A stretch of 64,000 nt of DNA from the human T2T-CHM13v2.0 reference genome, Homo sapiens, in NCBI RefSeq assembly GCF_009914755.1, contig NC_060931.1; one strand, 5' to 3'. The position numbers and the translations under genes are program-made. Shown here one piece after another: positions 15,684-28,358 of this stretch. How positions within the stretch are numbered: the first letter of the stretch is position 1; every line of letters begins with the position of its first letter. The notes beneath the pieces were generated by a model. It was not told where the DNA came from and did not search any database. It saw only the letters and a list, made by a program, of their open reading frames with translations.

Positions 15684-15720
15684 GACTGGGCACGGTGGCT
15701 CACACCTGTAATCCCAGCAC
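15684..15720 (+). mobile_element. 37-bp Alu 5' head only (3'-truncated)
   Basis: 'gactgggcacggtggctcacacctgtaatcccagcac' followed immediately by non-Alu AT-rich sequence. Confidence 0.85.
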
Positions 15721-16304
15721 ATGTAAACATATATAACATGCATATATATATATATATATAATTTTTATATTATATGTATTTATTACATAATAAGCAATGC
15801 CAAGGTGATTACTTCAATTACTTTTCCCAAAATCCAGTGTTTTTATATTTGTCACTATACTGGATTCTTGAGGTGAATATTGATCACAAGATAATGCTTT
15901 AGTTTTTGAACTAAAGCCACAAAGTTAATCTGTTTACTTGTTGTTGAGGTTTAAAGAAAATGGAGAAGCTTTGATAATGAATTAAACCTGTTAAAGCAAA
16001 CATCCGGGGCACCTGGATTTGGGATTTCTATATTTTCTCTGCAAAAAGCCTCTACATTTTTTTCCATAGGAAGCCCAGCAAAACTTATTGAGGCATGCAT
16101 TTAAGAAACCATGGCTAAAGGTATGTGTCCTTGCAGCTCTAAATGCCTATTAATTGTCTAGATCATCTTAAACCACAGGCAAGTATAGATTATTGTACTA
16201 ATTCCAGGAAAATCTCTCCGCCTCTCTGTCCTACTGAACAAATCCTTTCTTTCCCCATCCCTCATTCAGAATTTGCAGAAATTATATTAGATATATTTTT
16301 CCAA

Positions 16305-16379
16305 AGTTATCTTGAATGTTTAATTTAATTTTGGAGCAGTTATAAAGCTCCAAAATTAAATTAAACATTCAAGATAACT
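16305..16379. repeat. Perfect inverted repeat: 33-bp arms, 9-nt spacer
   Basis: 16305-16337 'agttatcttgaatgtttaatttaattttggagc' is the exact reverse complement of 16347-16379 'gctccaaaattaaattaaacattcaagataact'. Confidence 0.97.
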
Positions 16380-16465
16380 GGAGCTGATCGTGAATAACAG
16401 GTAAAGGAAATCTTCAGTGTGCTTGGAATTCCTGATTCTCCTGCATCTATAAACTTTTTTGAAAG

Positions 16466-16870
16466 GTCTATTAGTCTATTTTTTGTTGTCTATAACAGAA
16501 TCTAAAACTGAGTAATATATAAAGAAAAGCAGTATATTTCTTATATTAATGGAGGCTAAGGTGTTCAAGGTCAAGGGGCCATATCTGGTGAGAGCTTTCA
16601 TGCTCGTGGGGACTCTCTAAAGGGTCCCAAGATGTCACAAGGCATCACACGACAAAGCAGCTGAGTGTGTTAACATGCTTCTTGGATCTGTCTTCCTCTT
16701 CTTATAAAGCTACCTGTCATACTCCCAGGATAACCTATTAGTCCACGAATGAGTTAAGCCTTTCATGAGTGCTCTAAAAGCCTCTTCAAGGGCCCATCTT
16801 TGAATAGTGCCACATTGGGGATTAAATTTCAACATGATTTTGGGAGAGGACAAGTATCCAAACCATAAAA
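16466..16870 (-). mobile_element. MST-family (MSTC/MSTD-like) solo LTR
   Basis: 'caaggtcaaggggccatatctggtgagagc...gccacattggggattaaatttcaacatgattttgggagaggaca...ccaaaccata'. Confidence 0.85.
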
Positions 16871-18154
16871 AAAGGAAGGCATTTCTGCCCATAACCAACA
16901 CTGGAATATTTCACCAATTTTGCTACTGTGCCTTTCTGAAAAGCAGACTGCAGATTCCCCACTACATTTTTAGGTTCAAATTCTATGAACACACAATTGT
17001 CCATTTACACACGAAGAGATATCCAAAATACCTTCAAATAAGAGATTGGACATTTATTTTGGAATAAACATTTTCTATTTCTATATGAATAGCTATTTCC
17101 TATCATCTTATAATATTGATTTTTAATGTTTAAATGAAGAGAGTACTAAATATTTGAGGGCAATCTTTATATGTTATACATGTAAGATCGTTCTCAAAAA
17201 TTAACATTTCTAGTTAATTATGAGAATAAACTTTCAAGTTACTGTTTCAAATAAACATAATCCTCACTTTTTCCAGACACTGCCTTGAAGAAACCTAGGC
17301 TTTTCCATAGAACAAAGAACAAGTTTTATTTTAAAACTCAAAAACTGTCATGTTGTAACCTGAAAATGCCTAAAGGATTTTTTAAATGTCATCAGTTCGA
17401 AAAATAATCTTCTGATTTTGTAATTGGCTTTAGCCAGTGTGTTTTAAGACATCACTGTGACAGATCAAGAGTTTCAATTTCTCAAGTTTATCATATTTTA
17501 GTATATATAGTTCAATTGCTGGCTTAATTTTTTGATAAGCTCTAATAAAAAATTTAGACAGAAAAGAAGCTATTATCATTTTTAAAGACAAAGCTGTTAA
17601 AGATATTGTAACTCTGAAGGTATTTTGCCAGTAATGAAGTAAGATATAAAATAGTGAAGGTGATGAAGAAATAGGAAAAATAACCTCTCAATATAAGAAT
17701 GCTTATAATTTGAAGATAAAAACCTGTGAATTGTAGTTCATTAGAAAATAATTTACCACTAATTTTTTACAGCTGGATTCAAGATATAGGACAGGCATAC
17801 AAGAATGGGCTTCAATTTTTATTAATTTTCTCTTCTGCTGTATTTTATTTTCCAAACAATCTACAGGGCAAGCCGCATTATAAGGGCTGTGGAAATAGAG
17901 TCTTGATGGGAAAAGCTGCAAAGTCATATTGCAAAGGCATGGATATTAGAACTAAATAATTGGGGCAAGATATGTGTTGTAAAGGAATGAAAGCATTTCT
18001 GTAGGAAATAAAAATCTGAATTTATATTTCTGGTAATATACAAATATACACACATATATGGTATATTAATAAACGGATATAAGTATATGTATATTTTTCC
18101 AAGAATCCAGAGAATCAGTAAAAGTGTATTCCTTAGCATATATAGATATGTAAA

Positions 18155-18540
18155 GTTTTCTACTTCTCTTTAATTCCACTACCATTGCTTAAGTATGAAC
18201 CATTACACTTCTCTTTTAAAATACTGCAGTGGTCTCCTAAAAGATGTCTCTTCATTTTTCCACCCCCCACCCCCCCTGCCAATTTTCTTTTTCCTGTAGC
18301 ATAATCAGATTGATCTTCTAAGAATGTGATCATGCAATGTATCTCTGCTACCTAAAATTCTGCAGTGGCTTCTATTTGCACTTACAGTAATGTCAAAATT
18401 ATTTCTCATGGCCTGAAGAGCTCTAAACAATGTGGTCCTTGCCTGTATTCCCAACCTTACATCATGGCACTCCTCTGTGTTTAATGCACTCCTGCACAGG
18501 GTCTCTGTGATAGTTGATAAAATGCATCAAGTCCTTAGCC
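18155..18540 (+). mobile_element. L2 LINE fragment
   Basis: 'tactgcagtggtctcctaa...gatcatg...aaaattctgcagtggcttctatttgcactta...atggcctgaagagctct'. Confidence 0.7.
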
Positions 18541-19841
18541 TTACATGTATGAAGAAGTATTAAGACTTTGGAGTTATGTTGAGAGCTTACAGATTGGCTT
18601 GCAAAACTAATCTGCCACTATACTCAATAAATTTTAATTCCTCATTTATTTCTTGGTGCAATGAAGCAATATAGCACTTCTGAACTAGCCAAGTCCCCAG
18701 TCTTTGGAATTCCAACTTTCTTTTCTCATTAGAAAAATTCTAAAATGAGTATCACCTCAAGCTCAGTTCGATTCCATTTACTGGGACCAAACGTGACCTA
18801 AAACAGAAGAAATTTTGCTTCTTACCTTCTTGTATTCAATATTATTGTTGCTGCTCATTCAAATGTGATGCTGTTCCAGTTATATTGTTTAAAAGTTTGC
18901 TATGACAAGTCCTTGACAAGACACTTTTTTTTTTCTGTAAGATTCAGTCATTGTCCTTAATGAGCTCTCAGGTTCAAATTCCTCATCTCTATACCTTTTA
19001 TTCTGAGAAGACCTTGTTCCTATCTGTCCTCCCCATCCAAATACCCAATCTTATAACTGTAATCAGCTTTGAATTTTGTTTTACTCTTTCTTTTCTGGAA
19101 TCTGACCAATAAGTAGGTATTTTCATAGGTGGGAGGGTCTGTGGTGGACTGTCATTTCCTCTCCCAGAAATAAAGGCATTTACCCTTAAAAGAGATCCTC
19201 CAGTTTGTGCCTCAGTTCCAAAATAGCAATTATATGAATTGCTTCCAATTTGATAAGTTGCTTAATTTAACTTAATTGTAATATGCTCTTTATTTCTTTA
19301 GCTTTGCCTTCAAGTCCATCTATTCCTATCTTTCTAATATTTGCCAGAGTAGTAAAAATCGATATGTTTACAACTCCTCATCAATTCAAAAAATACAACA
19401 TAACGGTAGTTATTGGTGGAATAATTGTGCCACAACACTTATTTCATATGCAAAATGTTGGTCCATGATTTATCCATAGAAATAGAATAGACTGAAAATT
19501 ATGCCTATACAGCCGATTAAAAAGTCTTATCATTGTGCTTTTATTAAAGGTAATCTAAGGAGATAACCAGTGTCAATAATTTGCCAAGGCATGGGTTCCA
19601 CCTTTCAAAAACTTTATAAATAATTCAACTTTAGGTGAAGGAGCTGATATTTTTAAGTGAATGTGTTTACTTGATCTACAAATTCACGAAATTTTAAATT
19701 CAAATGAAGAATTTGCCTAGCCAATTGCTTTACATTTGCAACTCTAAAGTCTCTTCTAGAAAGCTACATAACAAAGTGATATATTAGAAAATGAGGAGAC
19801 AGATTGGTTCCAATCTGGTATCAACATTTTTATCTTTATGA

Positions 19842-20096
19842 TTATATTAGTTTCCTAATACATTATCTTCTCTAACAAATTACCGCAAACTTGGTGGCTT
19901 AGAATAACATACACTGACTCCCTTGCAGACCTGGATGTCATAAGTGCAAAATCCTTTTCACTGGGCCCAGACCAAGGTGTCAGCACTCCTCTGGAGGTTC
20001 CAGGGGAGAATCTGTTTCCATGCCTTTTATAGCTTCTTACAGGGAGTAGGACCTGAATATCTTTAATTCTACCTCAAGATTATTCAGCCTACAACA
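19842..20096 (-). mobile_element. MLT1C/D-like LTR (internally deleted) inserted in a MIR (~19790-20240)
   Basis: 'tattagtttcct...taacaaattaccgcaaacttggtggcttagaataaca...caaggtgtcagca...ggggagaatctgtttcc...attcagcctacaaca'; MIR resumes 'tgaccttg...cctcagtttcttctataaaatcggg'. Confidence 0.75.
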
Positions 20097-21189
20097 ATGA
20101 CCTTGTGTAACTCTTACCCTCAGTTTCTTCTATAAAATCGGGCTAATCAGGATATTTTGAGAACTAAATAAAATGAAATCTTTAAAGCACCTAGAAAAAT
20201 GTCTAAGAGTGATAGAAACCTAATTAATTACAGTTGTGCTATCACAGGCAGCAACATTTCCTAATTTACATTTACCTTTTGCTTTTTGATTTAATATGAA
20301 ACCTCTTTTTGGCACTTTATAGAACCATAATATTTCAAGAGAAAATGTTTTTTAAAAACAGAAGTTAATTTTCCAAGTTTGTACATGACTGTATGTAATT
20401 ACTTTTTGAGGCTTGCTATTTCTCTGACTTTTTCCACGTTGGTATTTTGGATTATTGGACGTGTTAGCATATCAAGAAAAGATAATCAAACCCCTGATTT
20501 CTCAGATATAATGCCACAAAGGCAAATACCAGCATATCCACTAATGTTTCAGAAGTTCATTTTGTGCGCACTGAGGAGAATTATTTGGACTTCACTTTTA
20601 GAATTGCAGACATCTTCGTTGTAACTGAAACTTATCAGCGAAGTCATCACTTCCATTATATATAGAGTCAGACTTAGTGATTATAATACTGACAGTCAAA
20701 GTAAGTTCAAGGAGAAACTTATCTCTTTTAAACCTGTCTAAATCATATATCTCAAGGTCTCTGAAAGTTATTCGAATGACTAAAGATTTTTCAGGATATC
20801 TGAGGGAAAGAAAGCTATCAAATTAGTACAGCATTTAAGAAGTGACTTCTTAGTAAGAAAGAGACATTGATTAAGACATATAGGCTTAATCTTATCAGAG
20901 ACCAAAACCAGGGTTTGGAACAATAGATTTGTATCACAAGCATAGCTCAGGAACTAATCTTCTACTTTTGACTATAAATGACATCAAATACTTCACACTA
21001 GTGTTTGTTTAAATAACTTTGTAATAATGCCATATTTTAAAAGAGCCTAGAATATTGGAATTAGATTTCTTTTTACCTAATCAAGTTTTCATATAAACAA
21101 TGTTAATATCTGACTGTATCTTTAGATTGCCAAATCATTGGGCATATTTATTTATTGTGAAATATATGCTAAGATATTTAATTCTCAGA

Positions 21190-21476
21190 TTTTGCATGGC
21201 TGGCTACTTCTCATTATTCAAATCTTGGCTGAGATATCACCTGCTACGAAAAGACTTTAATGAATATTATCCTAAATTACTATTTCCTATCCAGTTACTC
21301 TTTGCAACATCACTCTATTTTACTTTCTACATAGCATTTGTGTCTTTCTGAGATTACCTGCTCATTATTATCTGTCTTCTCACAGCATATAAGCTCCATG
21401 AAAATAGTGACCTCTATAACTCAAGTGCCTAACAGAGAGTTTTTTTAGGCACCGAATATGTACTTGAATATATGAA
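21190..21476 (+). mobile_element. L2a 3' end
   Basis: 'tgcatggctggctacttctcattattcaaatc...taagctccatgaaaatagtgac...gtgcctaacag...taggcac'. Confidence 0.75.
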
Positions 21477-22289
21477 AAACTAAAAACATTTTTATGGAGA
21501 TAAAAATACTTTTTTGGATATTGGAATTTTATGATTGCATGTTGACTGACTTAGTTATGTCTTTAGGATTAGCAAACTCTCTGATGACTTTCAATTCTCA
21601 AGAGAGTACCTAGAGCTTGACATACTCAGAGAGCATTAGAGATCCTTGTTCTCAAAGGACCCTGTAATGCAGTTCAAGAACTAATTACAAAAGAGCCTCA
21701 TGGAGTTGATTTTTTTATAGAGAAATATGACCTAACTAACAAGAGTCCTATCCTAGACAGCTGTTCTTTAACTTTTATATTGAGACCAGGTGGAAGGGAA
21801 AGACTATGCATTTTTTCCTTTTGAAGTCTTCCTGGTAGAAAGGGCATCAATTGACTCAGACATCTGCTGGAGGATAACTGGTCTGAAAGAGATTTGCATA
21901 CTTTAGTTGAGATGCTCTGTTGTGCCTCCTGTTAAAGAATACTATGAAAAATTTCCTATTGTCTATTTCTAGAACTTAAATCAGTGGGAAGATTTGATAT
22001 CCTTACCTAAATTAATGTTTTGCTCTGTTTAGTATCAGTCCATCATGTGAACTCATCTGGAGGCTTTATCTATGTAGAAGAGCATATGTATTGGAAATCG
22101 CAATTTCTACCCCTGAATATAGGCATGTATGGATTGAATGTTTCCAGCTACAAAAAAAATAGATATTCCAGTAGCTTTATTCATCAATATTTCGGACAGA
22201 ATTTTTCATTCTATAAATTGACCTGTTTTTCCACTAATTTACTAGAAGAATAAGTAGAGAAAACTGCAAATTGGTGCAGAAATAAGTGA

Positions 22290-22630
22290 TGTGATTTTTG
22301 CCTGCTGGTATCCAACATTCATACTTTTCCTGATAAAAGAGAACCAGCTAATCTTCCATTCTCAATACTTATAGTTTTCAGGAGTTGATTCAACTCTCAT
22401 ATCCAGAAATAGGACTTGATTAATCTAAAATAATCACCAGATCCTCACTCTGAAATTAGCACATAGAAGAAAACAGAGACAATATTACTTTGATCCTGAA
22501 CCAAATCTCATTTGAAACTAGTCCTATCCCTGGATTTTTCAGTTATATGAGTCAATAAATGCCTTTTTTTGCATTAAGCAACTGGGTGAGTTCTCTTCCA
22601 TCTGGAACTAAAACATTACTAAATAATAGA
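22290..22630 (+). mobile_element. Ancient ERVL/MaLR LTR (MLT1J-L or LTR16-like)
   Basis: 3' part 'cctggatttttcagttatatgagtcaataaatgcc...ttaagc...ggaactaaaacattactaaataata'. Confidence 0.55.
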
Positions 22631-23249
22631 CCAGTCCACATGCTTTATGTGTAATACTACTTCCCCAAAAACATTATGTTTAGGACCAAGGACGATCTAG
22701 AAAATTAAAATAGATGTATCTCAGGACTTTGGAAGATTCTCTGTGAAGTAAATGTGAAGTGTACAGATATCAAGCACAGTATTCCCCACTCTCACAAAAA
22801 AATTACATGCTCTTAAAATATTTAAACATGAGAAAAACACAAATAAGAGATAAATAACATCCCTAGACAGAGATAAATAACACATCTATTCATCATAGAG
22901 GTGATAAATAAGATAATAAAAAATGGAAATAGTGAAAAAAATTTGCTGGCTTAAAATAATCTCACTAAGTATAAGGCAAAGATGTTACACAACCATGTAC
23001 AGCTAATTACAAAGATCAGGACTTTGCACATAAAGCAACAGAACAGTGTTTTATTAGTTTTTAAGACATATGATCATTTAAAGAGAAAGTCATGAAGTAA
23101 AATACTCTTTGGCATTGACACTCTAGGATAAGACCACTTGGGGAGAAGGAATTCTATCTATTAGTGAAGGGAAGGCCTCCCAATCCTTGATTACAGCCAG
23201 GCCCAGGCAAACAAATGGATGAATACCTTGTGATATATTCATAGCTGCT

Positions 23250-23378
23250 TTCACCTCAAAATTACAAGCTCCTTGAGGCAAGATTTAGTCAAGGGCATTG
23301 TCATATCCTCAGCACCTTGTTCAGTGACTGGCACAGAGGAGATACAGAATAACATATGTGATGAATAAATGAGTAAAT
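23250..23378 (+). mobile_element. L2 3' end
   Basis: 'aagctccttgaggcaaga...cctcagcaccttgttcagtgactggcacagagga...gaataaatgagtaaatg'. Confidence 0.7.
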
Positions 23379-24667
23379 GGACTGTTTAGCTCCTACTAAA
23401 TTTAAGAGATTGTCAATTTGAGCTTGTTTGTATCTTCAGAATTTTAGGTCACCAAAATAATAAATACCCTTTAGAAACTTCTTTGAAAAATTCAGAATAA
23501 ACTGCAGAGTTGCATATTCCATCTCCGAAGAAATACTCATTGTTATATGGGCCATGTCCATTTCTGATAATTCTGCTATTTGAACATCATCCCAGAAAAA
23601 GAGTGAAACTGCCTATTAAAATAGCCATCTAATCTACATCCAACATTCCTGAAATATGCTGAGTAAATAAATAAGTAATAAGTGAAAATATTCTGTAACT
23701 TCCTAATAGGAACAAAATTCACACAAACTAGAGCAGCAATCAGGTATCTTCAATAATAAATATTTATAATATTCATTATTTTCTCATGCAACTTAATGTT
23801 TTTTCTTTTTCATTTGGAAAATGCCTAAATGATGTGCATTTTCTAAAAGATAAGATGTATTTTTAGAAGCAAATTTTTTACTAAGAAGCTAGCACTTTTT
23901 CAACTCCCTTTTGGGAAATAAACTGAAAGAGTATATTACTAAAATATATAAAAATGTTGTCCCATAATTGTAAATGCTTTTAAGAAACAGAAAACTGCTT
24001 GGAATTCTTAAGGCAGGATTAAATTTAGTGCAGCAAAATTCAAAATGCCCTTTGAACCTCCTGCTTTTTATTTTCAGAATATAGCCAAAGTGACATATAA
24101 AGGTTTTAAGAAGTAATTTCCTTTATCATGAAAAAGCAAAACTTTTTGCATCTTCCTGTAAACAACTCAAGACTCTTTGCTCTAGTCTAGGCCTAATTCA
24201 TTTAGACTCTTCAAATCAGTTCTGAGCCTGGACTTTTAAAAGGACCTAGTAAAAACTAAAATTAATAGAGTAACTTTCTAATAATATTAATTTTAATAGA
24301 AATGTATTTCTATAGCTTCTTAGAGTTCAGGTAAAGCTTTCCTATACCTTATCTAATTTGAACTTCTAAATAGCCTATGTAAGAGTCCTAAGAATGGCTC
24401 TGTTGACCATTTAAACAACTCATTCAATGTCTCATAGCTTGTAAGAATGAGACTTCATGAAATTTTCATAAAAAGCTCTTTATGCCACAAAATACCCTAC
24501 ATATGTGAATGTGCATATCATGAAGAACAGATATTGCCAATTTTTATTATATCTGACATGAAGAGAAAATGCATTATTCATAGCAATCCATAATAAGATA
24601 TAGCTACAGAAATGGTGCTATTTATGGTGCAATTAGTAATTGATCAAATTCTTTGTTAACAAGTAAA

Positions 24668-25100
24668 TCATGTTAATTGGTGCATAACAAACTACCTCAA
24701 AACTTAGAGGCTTAAAACAACAATTTTCAATTACTTGTGAGCAATTGCTCACAAATCTGCAATTTGGTCAGGTAGTGATGATGTGGACAGACTGTCTGCT
24801 CCAGCAGCTTCAGGTGAGATGGGTCAACTGGGGATCGGAGGATCTACTCTTAAGATGACTCACTCACATAGCTACCAGGTTGGAGCTGCCTGTTGGCTAG
24901 GAATTCAGTGAGGGCAGTGGGTCAGCTGCACTCTTTCTTTCCCAGTGGTCCTTGGGTTGAGTTTCTTTATGGAATGATGAATAACTTCAAAGAGCAAGAG
25001 TCCCAAGAAAGCTAGGCAAAGGCTGTATCAACTCTTATGACGTAGCCTGAGAGGTCATACAGAGATCATGTACACCATGATCATAAGCCTACCCAGATTG
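24668..25100 (-). mobile_element. MLT1F-H-like solo LTR
   Basis: 'gcataacaaactacctcaaaacttagaggcttaaaacaacaa...aagatgactcactcacatagct'. Confidence 0.8.
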
Positions 25101-25208
25101 TGACTTGACAATACCAAATAAAAGCTTGGAGTATTATGGTAAGCACATCTGTGAATTTCCCATGCCTTTTTATCAAGGAAACACAAACTTTTCTAGACAC
25201 TACTAAAC

Positions 25209-25299
25209 AGAGGGAGGAAGGCGGAGAGAGAGGGAGAGAGAGAGAAAGAGAGAGAGGGAGGGGGAAGAAGGAGGGGAGAGAGACAGGGAGAGAGAGGAA
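25209..25299. repeat. GA-rich polypurine tract
   Basis: ~90 bp almost entirely G/A ('agagggaggaaggcggagagagaggg...'); a (TG)n follows at 25377-25402. Confidence 0.9.
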
Positions 25300-28027
25300 A
25301 TGTATTCTTACTGATATTTAAGAATGCTAGAGTAAAAAGTAAATTGATATGACAAATTTAGACAATTGTATAAATTAGTGTGTGTATGTGTGTGTGTGTG
25401 TGTTTAAAACTTCTCAGGAATGGAGAAGAATCTAAAGTCATGTGCATAAATGATGCATTAGATATATGCATTGAGTTCCCTGAAATTTCCCAAAAGATAC
25501 TCTTTCCTGGGGGTGATCTATCTCATCTTTAGGCAGCCTTATTTCCTTGCATTATGGATACAAAATCCATCATTCTGCAGCATTCACACGCTTATCTTAG
25601 TTTCACACAAACAAATATTGAGCACCTACTAATTTTCAGTATGCTGGTTCAAGTACTAGATTCCATATAGAATATGATTCATTCCTTTTATATATGACAA
25701 CTCTTTAAATATTTGAATTGATGAATGAAGATTTTTGTGCAGCCATAACTTTGAATAAAGATTCCATGGATAGATTCCATGGAGATTCACTTAGTTCTCA
25801 AGTGAAATAAAATATAAGCATGTATGAAAATGTACAATGATATTTTAATAATATAATATATAATATAATAATTATGTTTATAATGGTGTGAGAACTTCAG
25901 TGAGATTGAATTTTGAAATGTTTTATAATTACCATTTATATTAAATTATTTTAATTTTCTTAAATTAGGAATTAGTAGGAATAATTCCCTTTTTACACTT
26001 GATTCTTTGAGTCAAAAGTTAAATTAAGGCGCTAATATATTTACAGTATTAAAATCAAGTATATATATTCAATATTTTATAATAAAACAGCATTGTTAAG
26101 TTTCAGTAGAAACTAAAATAATTAGCACTCTTGCCTTCTGCAGCAATGCTGGGTGCTGGTTGACTGCACATACTTCTAGATTTCTAAATAACCTCCCATT
26201 GCATTTAATTTGAATGTTGTTCTGACAGCTGTAATCAACCATAAAATGTTAGCAGTATAAAACAGACTGAAACCTTCAGATGATTTTCATAGTATTCAGT
26301 ATTGTCATAAACAATAAGCTTTGTTTGCAATGTTCACCCTGGTCCTACCTCAACCCCACTTAATGCTTTTCAAATGAAATGGAGTTACACAATAAAAAGC
26401 TTGTTAAAATATGATTAATTAACTTCCATTTCTTCTAACAATAGGATCCTCCTATTCAAAAATGAAAAACAAGTGAGAAATATCCTTGCTGAACAAATTA
26501 GGCCAGGAAATCTCTTTCACTAAATACAAAAGGAATATAAATTTAGCACTCAGGTATTCAAATGGAAAATATATGCCTGTTGATATACTGCCTATCCTGA
26601 CTGAAATACTTACACAAAGGCTATAGTAATAGGAGATTAGGCAAGAATTCCATTATGCTTTATTTCTATGAAATCAGGCAATCAAGTGTGCTTGACACAG
26701 GTATACTTTTGTGGGCTCTATCTTTACATACCAGGTGGCTAACTGTCATGCATGGCTTAAAGACATCTGACAGTTTCAAACTACTATGTTCTAGTGAGAA
26801 GTTTTTGGATCCTTTACCTTAGCAATTTAATGTTGGGACAGCTCTTACTTATTGGTAACAGCACTCACCAGAAACACTGTAATCACACTTGGAGCTATAC
26901 AAAGAATAGAATTCTGAAAGTCTGCTTTCTGCTAATAGCTATGATTGCTTTCAGTGTTTGGTACAGACTCAGAGGCATTCAGAGCCAGTAAGTGTTCAAT
27001 GTCTGAAATAGAACCAAAGGCATTTGATGCTTCAGCGATCTGAGGGAGGACAACAGGCTGGGGTTTATGTGAACAAAAAAACTCTTCAAATGGATGAGCT
27101 TTAGTAAGCACAGACCACTCCAGTCATCTTTGTATCTCAAGCACTGAACACAATGCCCTACTCAATAAATGTCTTGCTCTTATTGGGACTTCCCATCACC
27201 ATGGATACCATATTAAATATAGAAAATGTTCATAATTTCTGAACTGTTTTCAGACATATATAGAAAATAGCTTGCTATTTCTAAGTGTCTTTTATGTTTG
27301 TTTGTTTCCTTAATGTAAAGCATTTCCTTTTATTCCAGTGGGTATAAAACAAATGAAAGGGCACCAAAAAAATTCGTAAGAGTTGAACAGCTCTCAATAA
27401 ATCACTGGGAAAAAAAAAGGCTGAGAAAAGTAATGGGAGGCTACTTTCAATGGATCAACATTTTTATCTTGAGCATTATACCAGATGAGGGGCTTTTTGT
27501 TTTGTTTTACTCTCCACTTTGTTTATTATAAACAACAATAATACAGCTTATCATCTAATATCTGACATTTGGTCATCTAAATAAATAGGGGAGACATATA
27601 AGAATAAAAGTGAAAGACAAGTTCAATTACTACTAAGTTCAGCTTATGTTTTAAACTTCCTTCTAAATTTATTTTAAGCCAGAATTTCTAATAAAATATG
27701 CATTAATTATACTCTTTACCCATTCACAGCCAATACTCTAAATTTTAAAGACAAGTCTAATATTGCAGAAAAACGTGAAAAGAAAGAAAATCACAAGCAA
27801 GCGATTAAAAGTCAGCTGCAATACTACTTCAGAAATAATCACTATAAAAATATTGTCAAAGCAATTGACAAATATTCATTTATTAAGTCACTGTATGTAA
27901 AGCAAATAGTGCAATGCACATAAGATATGCTCTATAGATCTTGGTTATTTTGCATACTATATTTTCTGTTTGGTAAGCAACATTTTTCACTTAAAAATAT
28001 GTCCTGAATTTTACTTCATGTCATTAA

Positions 28028-28358
<331 letters not shown>

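Noticed and set aside
16305-16379. Made1/miR-548-type MITE
   Set aside because: Arms do not match the Made1 TIR (ttaggttggtgcaaaagt) and there is no TA target duplication.
22846-22920. Repeated 'agagataaataaca' as a GATA/FOX cluster
   Set aside because: More simply a small tandem duplication in A-rich DNA, like 'agattccatgga' x2 at ~25759.
24735-24754. Resemblance of the palindrome to the symmetric lac operator (ttgtgagc...gctcacaa)
   Set aside because: Spacing differs, it is embedded in a continuous MLT1 LTR, and there is no vector sequence nearby. Coincidence rather than contamination.
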